Shown: piece after piece, positions 10,183 to 21,274 of the stretch
Layout of the letters: each line of letters opens with the position of its first letter
How positions within the stretch are numbered: the stretch's first letter is position 1
From: an uncultured delta proteobacterium
GTDB lineage: Bacteria; Desulfobacterota; Syntrophorhabdia; Syntrophorhabdales; WCHB1-27
DNA: 64,000 nucleotides
Assembly (NCBI GenBank): GCA_963810935.1
Contig: CAWEPK010000008.1
Location: forward strand, 608,001-672,000
Reading direction: 5' to 3'
Notes under the pieces: generated by a model
What the model saw: only the letters and a program-made list of their open reading frames with translations
What the model was told of the DNA's origin: nothing
Database searches by the model: none
Made by a program: the position numbers and the translations under genes

Positions 10183-12029
10183 AGGACCTGTCCTATTTCC
10201 TCCATGACAAACAAAGCAAAGCCGAAGGCGCCCACGGCTACGTCCGGCCAGGGCTCGTCCAGGCGGCCCGGCAGCAGGCTGCCCGGACCGTCCCATGCCG
10301 CGTCGCACGAATCGATGACTCTGTTCCAACGACCGTGAGGCAGCGGCAGGCCGGCTGTTTTTGCCTCCCCGTCGAGGTTGGCAAGCCAGAAGGCCGTCGA
10401 GCCTTCCTTCCACATCCGCGCCATTATGACCTTATCCGCCTCCGCACCGTAAACCTCCAGGCGTCCCTTGTCGGGCATCCTAAGGCAAGGCACCTCCCTT
10501 CTTGCAGCCAGGAGACGGCGGAAGAACGCACAAAGGGCCTTGCCCCTTCCCGTGTTTCGCTTCTCCCATGCGATCCTCGACGCCACGAACGTTTCGGGGA
10601 GCCCGGGGTCTGGCGGGTCGCCCGCCCAGGCGAATTCTTTGAATTCGTTCTTCCTGCCTTCGCGCACCGCCTGCATCAGCTCCGCGTCGGCATGGTCCAC
10701 GAAATAAAGGAACGGGTTCTCTTCTCCGTACTCCTCGCCCATGAAAAGAAGGGGCACGTAGGGCGAGGCGAGGAGCACGCCGGCTGCCGCCTTGAGCGCC
10801 TCGAAAGGGACAAGCGTCGAGAGCCGCTCGCCCCTCATCCTGTTCCCCACCTGGTCGTGGTTCTGGCAGAAGACCACCATTTGGCGGCAGGTCGTTCCTG
10901 CGGCCGAATTGCCGTGGCTGCGCTTCCTGTAAGGCGAATACGTGCCCTGGTAGACCATGCCGTCCCTGACCGCGGTAACCACGTCGGCGGCAGCCCCGAA
11001 GTCGGCGTAATAGCCGCTCCTCTCGCCTGTGAGAAGGGCGTGAAGGGCATGGTGGAAATCGTCCGACCATTCCCCGTCCATGCCAAGGCCGCCGTCGGCG
11101 GCTGGCGCTACCACCCTCGCGTCATTGAGGTCGCTCTCCGCGATCAGAAGGACCGTCCGGCCGGATTCCTTCCGGTAATCGGCAACGGCCTCCGACAGGG
11201 ACGCCAAAAACGGCGCCGCGCTCTGGTCGAATATGCCGTGGATCGCGTCTAACCGTAATGCATCGATGTGATAGCTCTCGAACCAGTGGAGCGCGTTCTC
11301 TATGAAGAAGTTGCGCACGTCGTCGCTGTACGGGCCGTCGAAGTTGACTGCGTCTCCCCACGGCGTCCGGTACCTGTCCGTAAAATAGGGACCGAAGTCG
11401 GCCAGGTAATTGCCTTCCGGCCCCAGGTGGTTGTAGACGACGTCGAGCACCACCGCGACAGACCGTTTATGGCACTCATTGACCAGCCTTTTAAGCCCTT
11501 CGGGCCCCCCATATGACGCCTGCGGAGCAAACAGGTAGACGCCGTCATAGCCCCAGCTCCTTGTGCCGGGGAACTGGGCGACGGGCATCAGCTCGACCGC
11601 GTTCACCCCGAGGGCCGCAAGGTCGTCGAGACGCCCGGTTACGGCGTCGAAAGTGCCGTCAGGGGTAAAGGCGCCCACGTGGAGCTCGTAGATCGCCATA
11701 TCAGCCAGGGCAATGCCGCCCCAGCCCGTATCCTGCCATCTAAAGGAATGGTCCACCACGCGCGAGGCGGCGTGCACCCCGGACGGCTGGAAATGGGAGG
11801 CAGGGTCGGGCCTTTCGACGGACCCGTCAAGGCGATACAGATAATCCGTCCCTGCGGGGACATCGCACAGTGCGCTCCAATAACCCATCGCGTCCCTCTC
11901 CATGCGGCTGACGGTCCCGTCCGTCTTGAGTTGCACGTCTTGTGCAAAGGGAGCCCAGACCGTGAAAGAGCACCCGCCCCCGGTCAGGCGCCTCGCGCCT
12001 ACCCTCCTACGCGACCGCATGTGACCCAT
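10176..12029 (-). CDS. treZ: Malto-oligosyltrehalose trehalohydrolase
   Basis: VWAP, YELHVG, WGYDG, DVVYNHLGPEGNY, LRLDAIH, QNHDQVGNR. Exact start uncertain (12020/12029/12071). Confidence 0.95.
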   Translation of the reverse strand: MGHMRSRRRVGARRLTGGGCSFTVWAPFAQDVQLKTDGTVSRMERDAMGYWSALCDVPAGTDYLYRLDGSVERPDPASHFQPSGVHAASRVVDHSFRWQDTGWGGIALADMAIYELHVGAFTPDGTFDAVTGRLDDLAALGVNAVELMPVAQFPGTRSWGYDGVYLFAPQASYGGPEGLKRLVNECHKRSVAVVLDVVYNHLGPEGNYLADFGPYFTDRYRTPWGDAVNFDGPYSDDVRNFFIENALHWFESYHIDALRLDAIHGIFDQSAAPFLASLSEAVADYRKESGRTVLLIAESDLNDARVVAPAADGGLGMDGEWSDDFHHALHALLTGERSGYYADFGAAADVVTAVRDGMVYQGTYSPYRKRSHGNSAAGTTCRQMVVFCQNHDQVGNRMRGERLSTLVPFEALKAAAGVLLASPYVPLLFMGEEYGEENPFLYFVDHADAELMQAVREGRKNEFKEFAWAGDPPDPGLPETFVASRIAWEKRNTGRGKALCAFFRRLLAARREVPCLRMPDKGRLEVYGAEADKVIMARMWKEGSTAFWLANLDGEAKTAGLPLPHGRWNRVIDSCDAAWDGPGSLLPGRLDEPWPDVAVGAFGFALFVMEEIGQVLW

Positions 12030-12112
12030 AGCACCGATTCCGGAAAAGTGAGAGAAACCCTCGAAGAACATAATGCGGTAACCGGAGAGCTACAAGCAGT
12101 ACATAGAAGGAT

Positions 12113-12129
12113 AAGCAAAATGCGTACCA
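12113..12129 (-). promoter_or_regulatory. Sigma-54 type -24/-12 promoter upstream of treZ-treY
   Basis: Minus strand TGGTACGCATTTTGCTT, with GG-N10-GC spacing. Confidence 0.6.
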
Positions 12130-12309
12130 CGAGACAGACGGCCATGGATCGAAGGATGGCCGGGAGGGACGCGTCTTTTCCGCCGCGCATTTGTCTCCGG
12201 GCGCGATAATCTGTCTTCCCGCGCGAGATTTTGTCTTGTTTCAGAAGACGCGCCGGGGCAGCGGCCTCTTGACCCGCGCAGCCTGCTGATATACGCTTTT
12301 CCCATTAAC

Positions 12310-12648
12310 GTGGAAAAGAAACGCAGGGTGCTCAACCTCATTGCCTTCTTCGTACTGCTTCTCGGCCTCTGCACGGCCGTGATCGTCTACGAGAGGGCAG
12401 CCAATGCCCCCACCCAGGTCCTCGGCTACGAGCAGGGAGAAGACGGCACGGTGTACCCGATCATGCCCCAGGATTCTAAGAAATACCAGCGAGACCTGAA
12501 GCTCTACGGGGGGACGGCAAACGTCCTCGCGGACCAGATGAGGCGCTTCATCGCGGGTCTCTTCCAGGGCCCGACCCTCGGCATAACGATAGGCTGCCTT
12601 TCCGTCCTAGCGGCGCTCGTCCTGTTCGCAGCGGCAATGATGATTTGA
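12310..12648 (+). CDS. Small membrane protein (2 TM segments)
   Basis: Hydrophobic N- and C-terminal segments; upstream TTGACC-N17-TACGCT. Confidence 0.75.
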   Translation: MEKKRRVLNLIAFFVLLLGLCTAVIVYERAANAPTQVLGYEQGEDGTVYPIMPQDSKKYQRDLKLYGGTANVLADQMRRFIAGLFQGPTLGITIGCLSVLAALVLFAAAMMI

Positions 12649-12696
12649 AGGTCGCGGCCTTCCCGCCTTACTATCCGCTCTCGTTTCGGGCGGAAG

Positions 12697-13956
12697 CTAT
12701 ATGATATTTAGTGCTTTCAGCGCTTCGTCAATGGGTATGAAGAAATTTATGCCTCTGGCAACTCCGTCTTTGTCTAAACCCTCAGCAGTGATTCCCACTA
12801 CGGCGCCGCTTTTATCCACCAAAGGGCCACCGCTATTTCCATGCTGAACATTCACATCGCTTTGAATAAATTTCTTTTTATCCCTTTCCCGATATCCGCT
12901 GACGATACCCCTGGAGACCGTGGATTCAAGATCTTCGTCGAGAGGGGTGCCTATTGCGTACACCTCGGAGCCTATCGGAGGGTCGGCTCGTAACACCCGA
13001 AAATGCCTTGCCAGGGTCGCGTCGACCTTTATCAGGGCCACATCGCGAGCCGAGTTCGACGCCATTACTTTGCCCAGCACCCGCACGCCGTTATAAAACT
13101 TGACTGTAACCATATTTGCCTCACCGGCGACGTGATGGTTCGTCAAAATCAGATCGTCAGAGATGGCAAATCCGCTGCCGAGCACATCGCCCGCAAAGAT
13201 CGTGACCACCGCAAGGTGCCATTCTTTTGGTTTATCTTTAAGCGGTTTCGAAGAAACCCGCGTTATAACGATAGCCCCACCCGATTTGAACGAGGTCTCC
13301 CTCACGGTTTTCCCGCCTTTGCCGACTATTTCACGGAACTTTTCGTCCGCCAGCAGATTTCGCGTCGCCTGCGCGAACGCATTGAGGACTGCGGTCGTGT
13401 TACCGGCAGGCACGGCGCTCTCGGTCCTTCCGGCCCCTTCCGTCCTGACGGTGTGAACGACAGCCTTATCCAATTTGGAATAGATCTCCCAGTCGACTTT
13501 TATGTACGCCTCTCCCTTGGACGAAGCGCGGCCGCGGTTAGGGTAGCAGATATTCGCTTGCAGGTCCCTGACCATGCCCGCGACGAGTATTTCCGATTTC
13601 CAGGTGGACTTGTCCTCGAACACCGTGCTCTTGTCGCCAACGGCTTTGAACGAATATTTTTCCAGCTCTTCCTTGAAGGCGTCCGTAAAATCATCGGAAT
13701 CGACACTCATGCGCCCGCCTTTCCAGAAAAGCTCGGCCTCCGACATGCAGAACAGGCCTCCCTGCAAGGCCCCGATATGCTGCCCCCTTTTCAATTTCAC
13801 GACGATTCTCGAAAATTCTATAGGCTTTGAATCGGCGCTTGCCTTAAACGGCTCAACTTGTTTGTCCTGGACTACTTTAATGGTTGCAGGCGTCGCACCG
13901 CAGCCAACCAACATCACAGACAAAGCCAATACCGACCCTAGAAGTCGAGTGTCCAT
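12697..13956 (-). CDS. Lipoprotein with C-terminal trypsin-like serine protease domain
   Basis: Lipobox LVG-C after MDTRLLGSVLALSVM; catalytic triad motifs LTNHHV, DVAL, GNSGGP. Confidence 0.88.
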   Translation of the reverse strand: MDTRLLGSVLALSVMLVGCGATPATIKVVQDKQVEPFKASADSKPIEFSRIVVKLKRGQHIGALQGGLFCMSEAELFWKGGRMSVDSDDFTDAFKEELEKYSFKAVGDKSTVFEDKSTWKSEILVAGMVRDLQANICYPNRGRASSKGEAYIKVDWEIYSKLDKAVVHTVRTEGAGRTESAVPAGNTTAVLNAFAQATRNLLADEKFREIVGKGGKTVRETSFKSGGAIVITRVSSKPLKDKPKEWHLAVVTIFAGDVLGSGFAISDDLILTNHHVAGEANMVTVKFYNGVRVLGKVMASNSARDVALIKVDATLARHFRVLRADPPIGSEVYAIGTPLDEDLESTVSRGIVSGYRERDKKKFIQSDVNVQHGNSGGPLVDKSGAVVGITAEGLDKDGVARGINFFIPIDEALKALNII

Positions 13957-14096
13957 AATCACCCCTTTCGGTGCACGAGCAAACCTGCTTCTCTCCCAGA
14001 GAGTCTTCGCAGGCAAAACCTTATGTAACGGGATGTATCCGGTATGAGTTTCTATCACCCGCCCAACCGTTGTCAAGCAGTTTTCGAGAAGAGGTG

Positions 14097-14328
14097 GTGG
14101 CCGTGATCTTTTCGCGCCTTTTCCACCGTTTTCTGGGCACGTTGTCTTCGCCGATGGATGAATCATGCAAAGGGGCCTGAGCTATTTTCGATGATAGACG
14201 CCGTGACCGAGAAGCCGCCGCCCGGAGCGTACGTTGTGAGTACGTGAGGACGCGCGGCTTTGAGGGACAGGCCGGGGCACCCGCGCACGGGGAAGTGCGT
14301 GGGTCGAACGCGAAAAGAGCCAGGCCCC
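14097..14328. repeat. Cluster of repeat family 2 (GGGGCCGTGATCTTTTCGCG-like): inverted pair plus degenerate internal copy
   Basis: gtggccgtgatcttttcgcg (14097-14116), ggggcctgagctattttcg (~14172-14190), cgcgaaaagagccaggcccc (14309-14328). Confidence 0.6.
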
Positions 14329-14330
14329 GG

Positions 14331-15542
14331 CTATGCTGCGGGTTTTACTTTTCGAGAGAGACCTTTAATGGCGTCTTTCAGGCCGTCCAGCGTCAGCTCA
14401 TACATCGGGAACAGCCGCCCTACGGCGTCCACGGTTGCGTGGTGCCAGTACTGTTTGGGGGTGGGGTTGAGCCATACGCAGTATGGGTAATTGTCCCTTA
14501 TCCGCCCGAGCCATTCTATACCGGGGATGTCGTTTGACGAATAGTAATCGATGCAGCCGTCCCGGTCCATCAGCTCGGAGTACGCCATCCGGGCGTCGCC
14601 CACGATAACTACTTTGTACCCCCGGTGAAAATTGGAGAAGAGCTTGTCCGTGGGGACCGCCTTGGCGTTCCAGATGTCCGTCCAGACGTCCTGATAAATG
14701 CAGTTGTGAAAGAAGAAATGCTGGAAATCCTTGAAATGCTCGACCTGCGTGGCCGCCGAAAACAGCCTGCTGCAAAGGTCCGCGTAGGGAGACATCGAGC
14801 CGCCCGTGTCCATAAGCAGCAGGAGGCGGATGCTGTTCTCCCTCGACCGGGAGAAGACCAGCTCGATCTCGCCGCCTTCCTTTGCCGTCTTGTCGATGGT
14901 CTCCTCTATATCGAGCTCCTCGACGAGTCCGTCCCGCTTCAGCTCCCTGAGCTTCTTGAGGGCTACCTTCGTCTGCCGCACGTCCAGGATGATATCGTTC
15001 CGGTAGTTCTTGAATCGCCTTTCTTCGGCGACCTTTACTGCGGACCCCATCCAGCCTTCGCCGCCCACCCGGACGCCTCCGGGATAATAGCCGTAAGCGC
15101 CGAAGGGGGACTTGCCGCCCGTGCCTATCCACTTGCTGCCGCCGTCGTGGCGCTCCGTCTGCTCCTTAAGCCGCTCCCTGAACATGCGCAGCATCTCTTC
15201 CAGGTCGTACTTCTGCTTCAGCTCCTCCAGCTTTTTCTTCATCTCTTCCATCTCTTCGAAGCTGAGCTTGGGAAGCTTGTTGATCGGGTTCTCGAGCCAT
15301 TCCATCACTTTCTCCAGCTCAAGTTCCCCGGTCGCAATGCCGCCGAAGTATTCCCGGAAGGCGAGGTCGTACATGTCGTAATAGGCCTCGCTCTTAACAA
15401 GGAACGCCCTGCCGACGTAATAGAGGTGGTTTAAGCTCGACTGCATGAAGCCGCCGTAGAGCGCTTCGGTGAAGGATATCCACTCCGTCACGGAGACTGG
15501 CACGCCCTTTCTCCGAAGGAGATAGAAGAAGTCGATGAACAT
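14331..15542 (-). CDS. vWA-domain (CoxE-like) protein
   Basis: LLMDTGGSM MIDAS-like motif, GGSKWIGTGG, VWLNP; adjacent to MoxR ATPase. Confidence 0.88.
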   Translation of the reverse strand: MFIDFFYLLRRKGVPVSVTEWISFTEALYGGFMQSSLNHLYYVGRAFLVKSEAYYDMYDLAFREYFGGIATGELELEKVMEWLENPINKLPKLSFEEMEEMKKKLEELKQKYDLEEMLRMFRERLKEQTERHDGGSKWIGTGGKSPFGAYGYYPGGVRVGGEGWMGSAVKVAEERRFKNYRNDIILDVRQTKVALKKLRELKRDGLVEELDIEETIDKTAKEGGEIELVFSRSRENSIRLLLLMDTGGSMSPYADLCSRLFSAATQVEHFKDFQHFFFHNCIYQDVWTDIWNAKAVPTDKLFSNFHRGYKVVIVGDARMAYSELMDRDGCIDYYSSNDIPGIEWLGRIRDNYPYCVWLNPTPKQYWHHATVDAVGRLFPMYELTLDGLKDAIKGLSRKVKPAA

Positions 15543-15549
15543 TGTGCGC

Positions 15550-16401
15550 CTATCTTCTCCTTATGCCGAAGGGGCCGTGCCCCTGACCTACCCTGGCGAC
15601 CTTGTCCGTATCCTGCTCGCTCTTTATCAGGGTGCCCAGGAAGGGAACCTCCGAGGCGATTACGGAGATATCGATGCCGCCGACTGCGAGCGCCTTGATC
15701 CAGTCGAGAAGCTCGCTGGTGGACGGCTTTTTGCGCAGCCCCTCCACCTGCCGGATTAGGTAGAACTTCTTGAGCGCCTCCCGCATGAGCTTCTCGTGGA
15801 TGTCGGGGTAGTGGACCTTCACGATCTGCTCCATCATCTCCTCGTCGGGGAACTCTATGTAATAGAAGACGCACCTGCGCAAGAAAGCGTCGGGAAGCTC
15901 TTTCTCGGAGTTGCTCGTGATGATGACGATGGGCCTGTGCTTCGCCTTTACCTCTTCGTCCAGCTCGTTGACGTGGAACGACATCTCGTCTAGCTCGTTC
16001 AAAAGGTCGTTCGGGAACTCGATGTCGGCCTTGTCGATCTCGTCGATGAGGAGCACCACCTGCTTATCCGACTTGAACGACTGGCCCAGCTTGCCGGGCT
16101 TGATGTACTGCCTGATGTCGGATATGTCCTTGTCCTTGAAGCGGGCGTCATTGAGGCGCTGAACCGTGTCGTAAACGTACAGGCCGTCTTTCGCCTTGGT
16201 CGTCGATTTGATGTTCCAGATCAAAAGCTCCTTGCCCAGGGCCTTCGATATGCTATGGGCGAGAAGCGTCTTTCCCGTGCCCGGCTCGCCCTTTATCACA
16301 AGGGGCTTGCTCAGTATGATCGCAACATTGACGATCTCCATCAACGGCTTGGATGCGATATAGTCGCTGCTGCCGCCGTAACCATGTGCCGATTTATCCA
16401 T
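15550..16401 (-). CDS. MoxR family AAA+ ATPase
   Basis: Walker A GEPGTGKT, Walker B LLIDEIDK, ELPDAFLRRC. Confidence 0.93.
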   Translation of the reverse strand: MDKSAHGYGGSSDYIASKPLMEIVNVAIILSKPLVIKGEPGTGKTLLAHSISKALGKELLIWNIKSTTKAKDGLYVYDTVQRLNDARFKDKDISDIRQYIKPGKLGQSFKSDKQVVLLIDEIDKADIEFPNDLLNELDEMSFHVNELDEEVKAKHRPIVIITSNSEKELPDAFLRRCVFYYIEFPDEEMMEQIVKVHYPDIHEKLMREALKKFYLIRQVEGLRKKPSTSELLDWIKALAVGGIDISVIASEVPFLGTLIKSEQDTDKVARVGQGHGPFGIRRR

Positions 16402-16442
16402 GTTCCTCACAACCCCCTTTGGCGTGGAAAAAGCGCACTACT

Positions 16443-16471
16443 ATTATATTTCCGGGGCGGTGGAAAGTCAA
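16443..16471 (-). promoter_or_regulatory. Sigma-70 promoter of the MoxR-vWA operon
   Basis: TTGACT-N17-TATAAT on minus strand. Confidence 0.7.
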
Positions 16472-16488
16472 ATCCTGTATCCAAAGTC

Positions 16489-16568
16489 GGGGGGCGGTAA
16501 CTTTTCGCGGCCGAGTCGATCGCCGGCCCGGAGAGACAGGCGCATAGCGCGAAAAGATCACGCCCCCC
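16489..16568. repeat. Imperfect 21-bp inverted repeat (repeat family 2)
   Basis: ggggggcggtaacttttcgcg ... cgcgaaaagatcacgcccccc. Confidence 0.75.
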
Positions 16569-16868
16569 ACGCCGCGTCTGCCATGAAAATGCTCCGGCCC
16601 CGTTGGCAACTGCCGGCGACCTTGCCACCGCCAGAGGATGGCGGCGTGCGCCCGTTCACGGTGGCGGCAAAGGCTGTTGAAACCACTGGCAAGACGAGTT
16701 TCCAGCCAACGGCCGGGGTAACGATGAAGATTAAAGAGTGGTCGCTTCAGTGTTGCAAACGCGGTAAATACTTTGATCGCCTGGCTGGCGAGAGTGTAAA
16801 AGCTACGGACGCAAAACGAAAAAGGAAGGGGGGTTGACTTTCCGGCTCTAATCGTACATATTTTAGCC

Positions 16869-18911
16869 GTGAAGCGCGAAACATTAAGGCTGTCCAGGAC
16901 AAGGAACATCGGCATCGCGGCCCATATCGACGCGGGCAAGACTACGGTGACCGAGCGAATGCTCTACTATACGGGCAAGACCTACAAGATGGGGGAGGTG
17001 CACGAAGGCACCGCAACAATGGACTACCTGCCGCAGGAGCAGGAGCGGGGCATCACCATCACCTCGGCGGTCACTACCTGCTACTGGAACGACCACGAAA
17101 TCCAGATCATCGACACACCCGGTCACGTCGATTTCACGATAGAGGTCGAACGCTCGCTACGCGTTCTCGACGGCATGGTTGAAGTCTTCTCCGCAGTCGA
17201 AGGCGTGGAGCCCCAGTCGGAGACGGTATGGCACCAGGCCGACAAATACGGCGTGCCGAGGATGGCCTTCATAAACAAGCTGGACAGGCTCGGGGCCGAT
17301 TTCTTCCAGGTCCTCGATATGATGGTCGAGAAGCTGGGGACGAACCCCCTGCCCCTACAGATACCGCTCGGCAGGGAAGACGGCTTTTACGGCATAGTGG
17401 ACCTCGTCACGATGAAGGCGACGGTATGGGACGAGGAAAGTCTCGGCGCGAGCTACAGGTCCGTCTCCATACCGAAGGAGGCGGCGGTTGTTGCAGCCGA
17501 GTACAGGGAAAAACTTTTCGAGAAGCTCTCGATGCTCGATGACCGCATCATGGAGCGCTACCTCGAAGGAAAAGAGATCGATGAAGCTTTAATACATGAC
17601 GTAATACGAAAGGGGACGCTCGACCTCGCCTGCGTGCCAGTAGTTTGCGGCTCGGCCCTTCGTAACAAGGGCATCCAGCCCCTTCTGGACGCCATCGTCA
17701 ATTACCTCCCCTCGCCCCTCGAAGTCCGCCCGGTAGAGGGCATAAACCCTACGACCAACGAGATGGAAACGCGGGAGCCGCGCATCGAAGAAGACCTGTG
17801 TGCCCTGGCCTTCAAGGTCCTCATGGAAGAGGGGCGGAAGCTCGTCTATATCAGGGTCTATTCCGGCAAGCTCACAGTGGGCGAGGAAATCTACAACGTA
17901 AACATCGACAAAAAAGAGAAGGTGTCGCGGATATATAAAATCCACGCCAACCACAAGGACCGGGTCGAGGAGGCGCCCGTCGGCGCGATTGTGGGCGTAG
18001 TGGGCCTGAAGGAGACGTCGACGGGCCATACGCTCGTCCGTTCCAGGCCGATCGTCCTCGAGCCCATCGGCATGTACCAGCCCGTCATCTCGGTAGCAGT
18101 CGAGCCGAGACGCAATGCCGACCAGGAGAAGCTGCTCCAGGTGCTGGGCAGAATAGCCGAGGAAGATCCGACGTTCCAGGTGCAGACGGACGAGGCTTCT
18201 TACCAGACCATAGTCTCTGGTATGGGGGAGCTGCACCTCGACGTCATAGTCCGCAGGATGAAGGATGAGTTCGGCATAGACCTGCTTGTGGGCAGGCCGC
18301 AGGTCGTCTACAAGGAGGCGGTCGAGCGCCAGGCAAGCGTTGAGCAGACCTTCGAGAAGGCGATAAGCGGCACCGTGTACAAGGGCTCGGCCAGCCTGAC
18401 GCTTATGCCCACAAAGAGGGGCGCCGGCGTGTCGATTATTTCGCGCATACCGGAAGACGCGGTCGAGTTCCCGTATGTCTCCGCCCTGGAAGAAGGCGTG
18501 AGCGAGGCCTCCCAGATAGGCCCGATCAAGGGCTTCCCTCTGACGGACATCAAAGTCGAAATCCTGAAGGCGAGCTTCAACAACCCGGAGTTCGCGCGTC
18601 TCACGCTCAAAATGGCCGCCTTCGAAGCCTTCAAGAAAGCATGCCAGGAAGCAGGGCCGCTGCTCCTCGTCCCCATTATGTCGCTGACGGTTACGACGCC
18701 GAACGAGTTCCTGGGCGAGATCATTGCGGACCTACACATGAGGAAGTGCCAGATAGTAAATATATCTGCGAAAGACAAAACCACAGTGGTGCTGGCCAAT
18801 GCGCCCCTTACCAAGATGTTCGGCTATTCGACGGATATCCGGTCCCTGTCGCAGGGCCGCGCCTCCTTCACGATGTATTTCTCGCACTATGACAGGATCG
18901 AGAATGAATAG
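16869..18911 (+). CDS. fusA: Elongation factor G paralog (outside the str operon)
   Basis: [33 protein letters not shown]; domain IV divergent. Confidence 0.93.
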   Translation: MKRETLRLSRTRNIGIAAHIDAGKTTVTERMLYYTGKTYKMGEVHEGTATMDYLPQEQERGITITSAVTTCYWNDHEIQIIDTPGHVDFTIEVERSLRVLDGMVEVFSAVEGVEPQSETVWHQADKYGVPRMAFINKLDRLGADFFQVLDMMVEKLGTNPLPLQIPLGREDGFYGIVDLVTMKATVWDEESLGASYRSVSIPKEAAVVAAEYREKLFEKLSMLDDRIMERYLEGKEIDEALIHDVIRKGTLDLACVPVVCGSALRNKGIQPLLDAIVNYLPSPLEVRPVEGINPTTNEMETREPRIEEDLCALAFKVLMEEGRKLVYIRVYSGKLTVGEEIYNVNIDKKEKVSRIYKIHANHKDRVEEAPVGAIVGVVGLKETSTGHTLVRSRPIVLEPIGMYQPVISVAVEPRRNADQEKLLQVLGRIAEEDPTFQVQTDEASYQTIVSGMGELHLDVIVRRMKDEFGIDLLVGRPQVVYKEAVERQASVEQTFEKAISGTVYKGSASLTLMPTKRGAGVSIISRIPEDAVEFPYVSALEEGVSEASQIGPIKGFPLTDIKVEILKASFNNPEFARLTLKMAAFEAFKKACQEAGPLLLVPIMSLTVTTPNEFLGEIIADLHMRKCQIVNISAKDKTTVVLANAPLTKMFGYSTDIRSLSQGRASFTMYFSHYDRIENE

Positions 18912-19698
18912 CGAAGGGGGCCCGCTTTACCCTTCGGAAATAGAGCGCCGCCTGTCTACGAGGATGGTAGGGAGGAATATCGTCCACAGGGACTCGGTGG
19001 CCTCGACAAACGCGCTGGCCTTCGATCTGGCAGCGGCAGGCTGCGCCGAAGGCACATGCGTGATCGCCGAGACGCAGAGCGGCGGGAGGGGCAGGCTGCA
19101 ACGGAAATGGCACTCCCCTTACGGCAAGAACATCTACCTGTCATGCGTCCTGCGGCCTCGCCTGCTCACGACGGAAGTCTCGCCGCTGGCCTTCATATCC
19201 TGCCTCGCCGTTTACGACACTGTGAGATCGGCAGGGGTCGAGCCGAAGCTCAAATGGCCGAACGACGTGCTTACCCTGGACGGGAAGAAGATCTCGGGCA
19301 CCCTGATCGAGCTTTCAGGCAAAGGCCGCACAGTCGAGTTCGTCGTCGTCGGCATCGGCCTCAACGTCAACATGGCGCGCGAAGAGATGGACGAGGAGAT
19401 TGCGAATAAGGCTACCTCCCTTTTCATCGAAACGAAAAAATACTTTGAAAGGGCGGTCGTTTGTGGCATGCTATTGGACGATCTCGAAAGGTATTACGAG
19501 ATCGCGTCGAGCGCAGGGCTGGGCGAGATTTGCCGCCTGTGGGAAGAACGAGCAAAGGTGCGCGGCACCTACATGGAAATCATTCAGACGGACAGAGTGC
19601 ACCGTGGCGTATCGGAAGGGCTGGCAGCGGACGGCGCGCTCCTGCTCTCCGAAAACGGGACGATAACGAGGGTCATTGCAGGCGATGTCGCAATCTAA
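18904..19698 (+). CDS. birA: Biotin--[acetyl-CoA-carboxylase] ligase (no N-terminal HTH)
   Basis: STN, QSGGRGR, KWPND, KKISG, GIGLNVN. Confidence 0.93.
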   Translation: MNSEGGPLYPSEIERRLSTRMVGRNIVHRDSVASTNALAFDLAAAGCAEGTCVIAETQSGGRGRLQRKWHSPYGKNIYLSCVLRPRLLTTEVSPLAFISCLAVYDTVRSAGVEPKLKWPNDVLTLDGKKISGTLIELSGKGRTVEFVVVGIGLNVNMAREEMDEEIANKATSLFIETKKYFERAVVCGMLLDDLERYYEIASSAGLGEICRLWEERAKVRGTYMEIIQTDRVHRGVSEGLAADGALLLSENGTITRVIAGDVAI

Positions 19699-20548
19699 TC
19701 CGATAGTGAAAAGAAAGGCTGGAGCGGGTGGACCGGAAGTCGCGCAAGCGTCGGGTGAAGCCCCCCTTCTCGTAATCGATATAGGCAACACGAACGTCGT
19801 CTTCGGCGTCTATAAGGGCGACGTGCTCGTAAACCACTGGCGGCTGAACACGATGCTCGGCAGGACGGTGGACGAGTACGCGATACTCTTCGAAAGCCTG
19901 CTCGATTTCGAAGACCTGAAGCTGTCCGACATGGCGAGCGCCATTATATCGTGCGTGGTCCCTCCCCTTCTGTTCCCCTTCGAGAATATGTGCTGCAAAT
20001 ACGTGGGCATCGAGCCGATTATCGTGGAGCCGGGCATAAAGACGGGTATGCCCATTCTTTACGAGAACCCGCAGGAGGTCGGGGCCGACCGCATAGTCAA
20101 CGCAGTCGCGGGCTATGAGAAGTACAGAAAGGCGCTGATCATAGTCGATTTCGGAACGGCGACGACCTTCGACTACGTGACTCCCAAGGGGGAATACGTG
20201 GGCGGCGTTATCTGCCCCGGCATGATGATCTCCCTCGAAGCCCTCTTTTCGAGCGCGTCGAAGCTTCCGAGGATAGAACTGGTGAAGCCGAAGGACATCA
20301 TTGGAAAAAACACGATAACGGCCATGCAGGCGGGTATCGTCTACGGATATATCAGCCTCGTGGATGGGATCGTCGAGAGGATGAAGCAGGCGGTCGCCAC
20401 GGACCCGCGTGTTATCGCCACCGGCGGGCTCGCCAACCTGATTTACAAAGAATCCCAGTCCCTGGACGAAGTCGACGAAATGCTTACCTTGCGCGGGCTG
20501 AAGATACTCTACGAAAAGAATAAGGATTACCACAAGTTCAAGGCATAA
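19685..20548 (+). CDS. coaX: Type III pantothenate kinase
   Basis: [24 protein letters not shown]; start uncertain. Confidence 0.94.
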   Translation: MSQSNPIVKRKAGAGGPEVAQASGEAPLLVIDIGNTNVVFGVYKGDVLVNHWRLNTMLGRTVDEYAILFESLLDFEDLKLSDMASAIISCVVPPLLFPFENMCCKYVGIEPIIVEPGIKTGMPILYENPQEVGADRIVNAVAGYEKYRKALIIVDFGTATTFDYVTPKGEYVGGVICPGMMISLEALFSSASKLPRIELVKPKDIIGKNTITAMQAGIVYGYISLVDGIVERMKQAVATDPRVIATGGLANLIYKESQSLDEVDEMLTLRGLKILYEKNKDYHKFKA

Positions 20549-20620
20549 TCGGTAACTACCCTTAATCCGTTCGCTTCCTTCCCCTTTAAGTTCAACGCAG
20601 TTTCATACGAAAACAATGGT

Positions 20621-21274
20621 ATGACACCGATTACGGCAGGATGCAGGCTTACACTTTTTGTGGAAAAAGGTCGTACGGGCGAAGAGTTCGTCTCGCTCGA
20701 TTCGATTTTATACGAGGTTGACGGGCAAACGCTTGTGCTCGCCCAGACGTCTCCGCCTGTCGACGCCCAGACGTGCGACGGCAGGATAACCCTGACTTAC
20801 GTTGTCCAGAAAGGGGAAAAAGTCGAGCGGCTCGGTTTCCCCGTAAGCTTCACCCGGCTCATCGACGAATATGAGACGAGCCCCGGCGTTCTGGCGCCTG
20901 CTTTCGCGGTTACCCGCGAGGGAGAGCCGACCGCGTTCAGCGCCAGGAGGTTCCTGCGGGTCGAGCCGACCGGCCAGAACCGCCTGGACCTTTACGTGAG
21001 CGGGATGAAGGTGGAGATAGCCGATATATCCCTGGGCGGCGTAAGATTCAGCTACGACGTTGCACTACCCCTTGCGCCGGAACTGCCCGTAACCCTGAGG
21101 TTCGACCTGGCAGGCGTCGATTATTCCGTGTCCGGCCGCATCCTGCGGATCACGTACAACAAAGGCAGGTTCCGCACGGCGGTGGCGAGCTTCGCCAACG
21201 TTACGGGCCGCTTCGAGCAGGCTCTTGTGCGCATACTGCACGTAATACAGAGGGCCCTCCTCCAGAGAGATTAG
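20621..21274 (+). CDS. PilZ-domain protein
   Basis: RRFLR and DISLGG c-di-GMP-binding signature. Confidence 0.8.
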   Translation: MTPITAGCRLTLFVEKGRTGEEFVSLDSILYEVDGQTLVLAQTSPPVDAQTCDGRITLTYVVQKGEKVERLGFPVSFTRLIDEYETSPGVLAPAFAVTREGEPTAFSARRFLRVEPTGQNRLDLYVSGMKVEIADISLGGVRFSYDVALPLAPELPVTLRFDLAGVDYSVSGRILRITYNKGRFRTAVASFANVTGRFEQALVRILHVIQRALLQRD

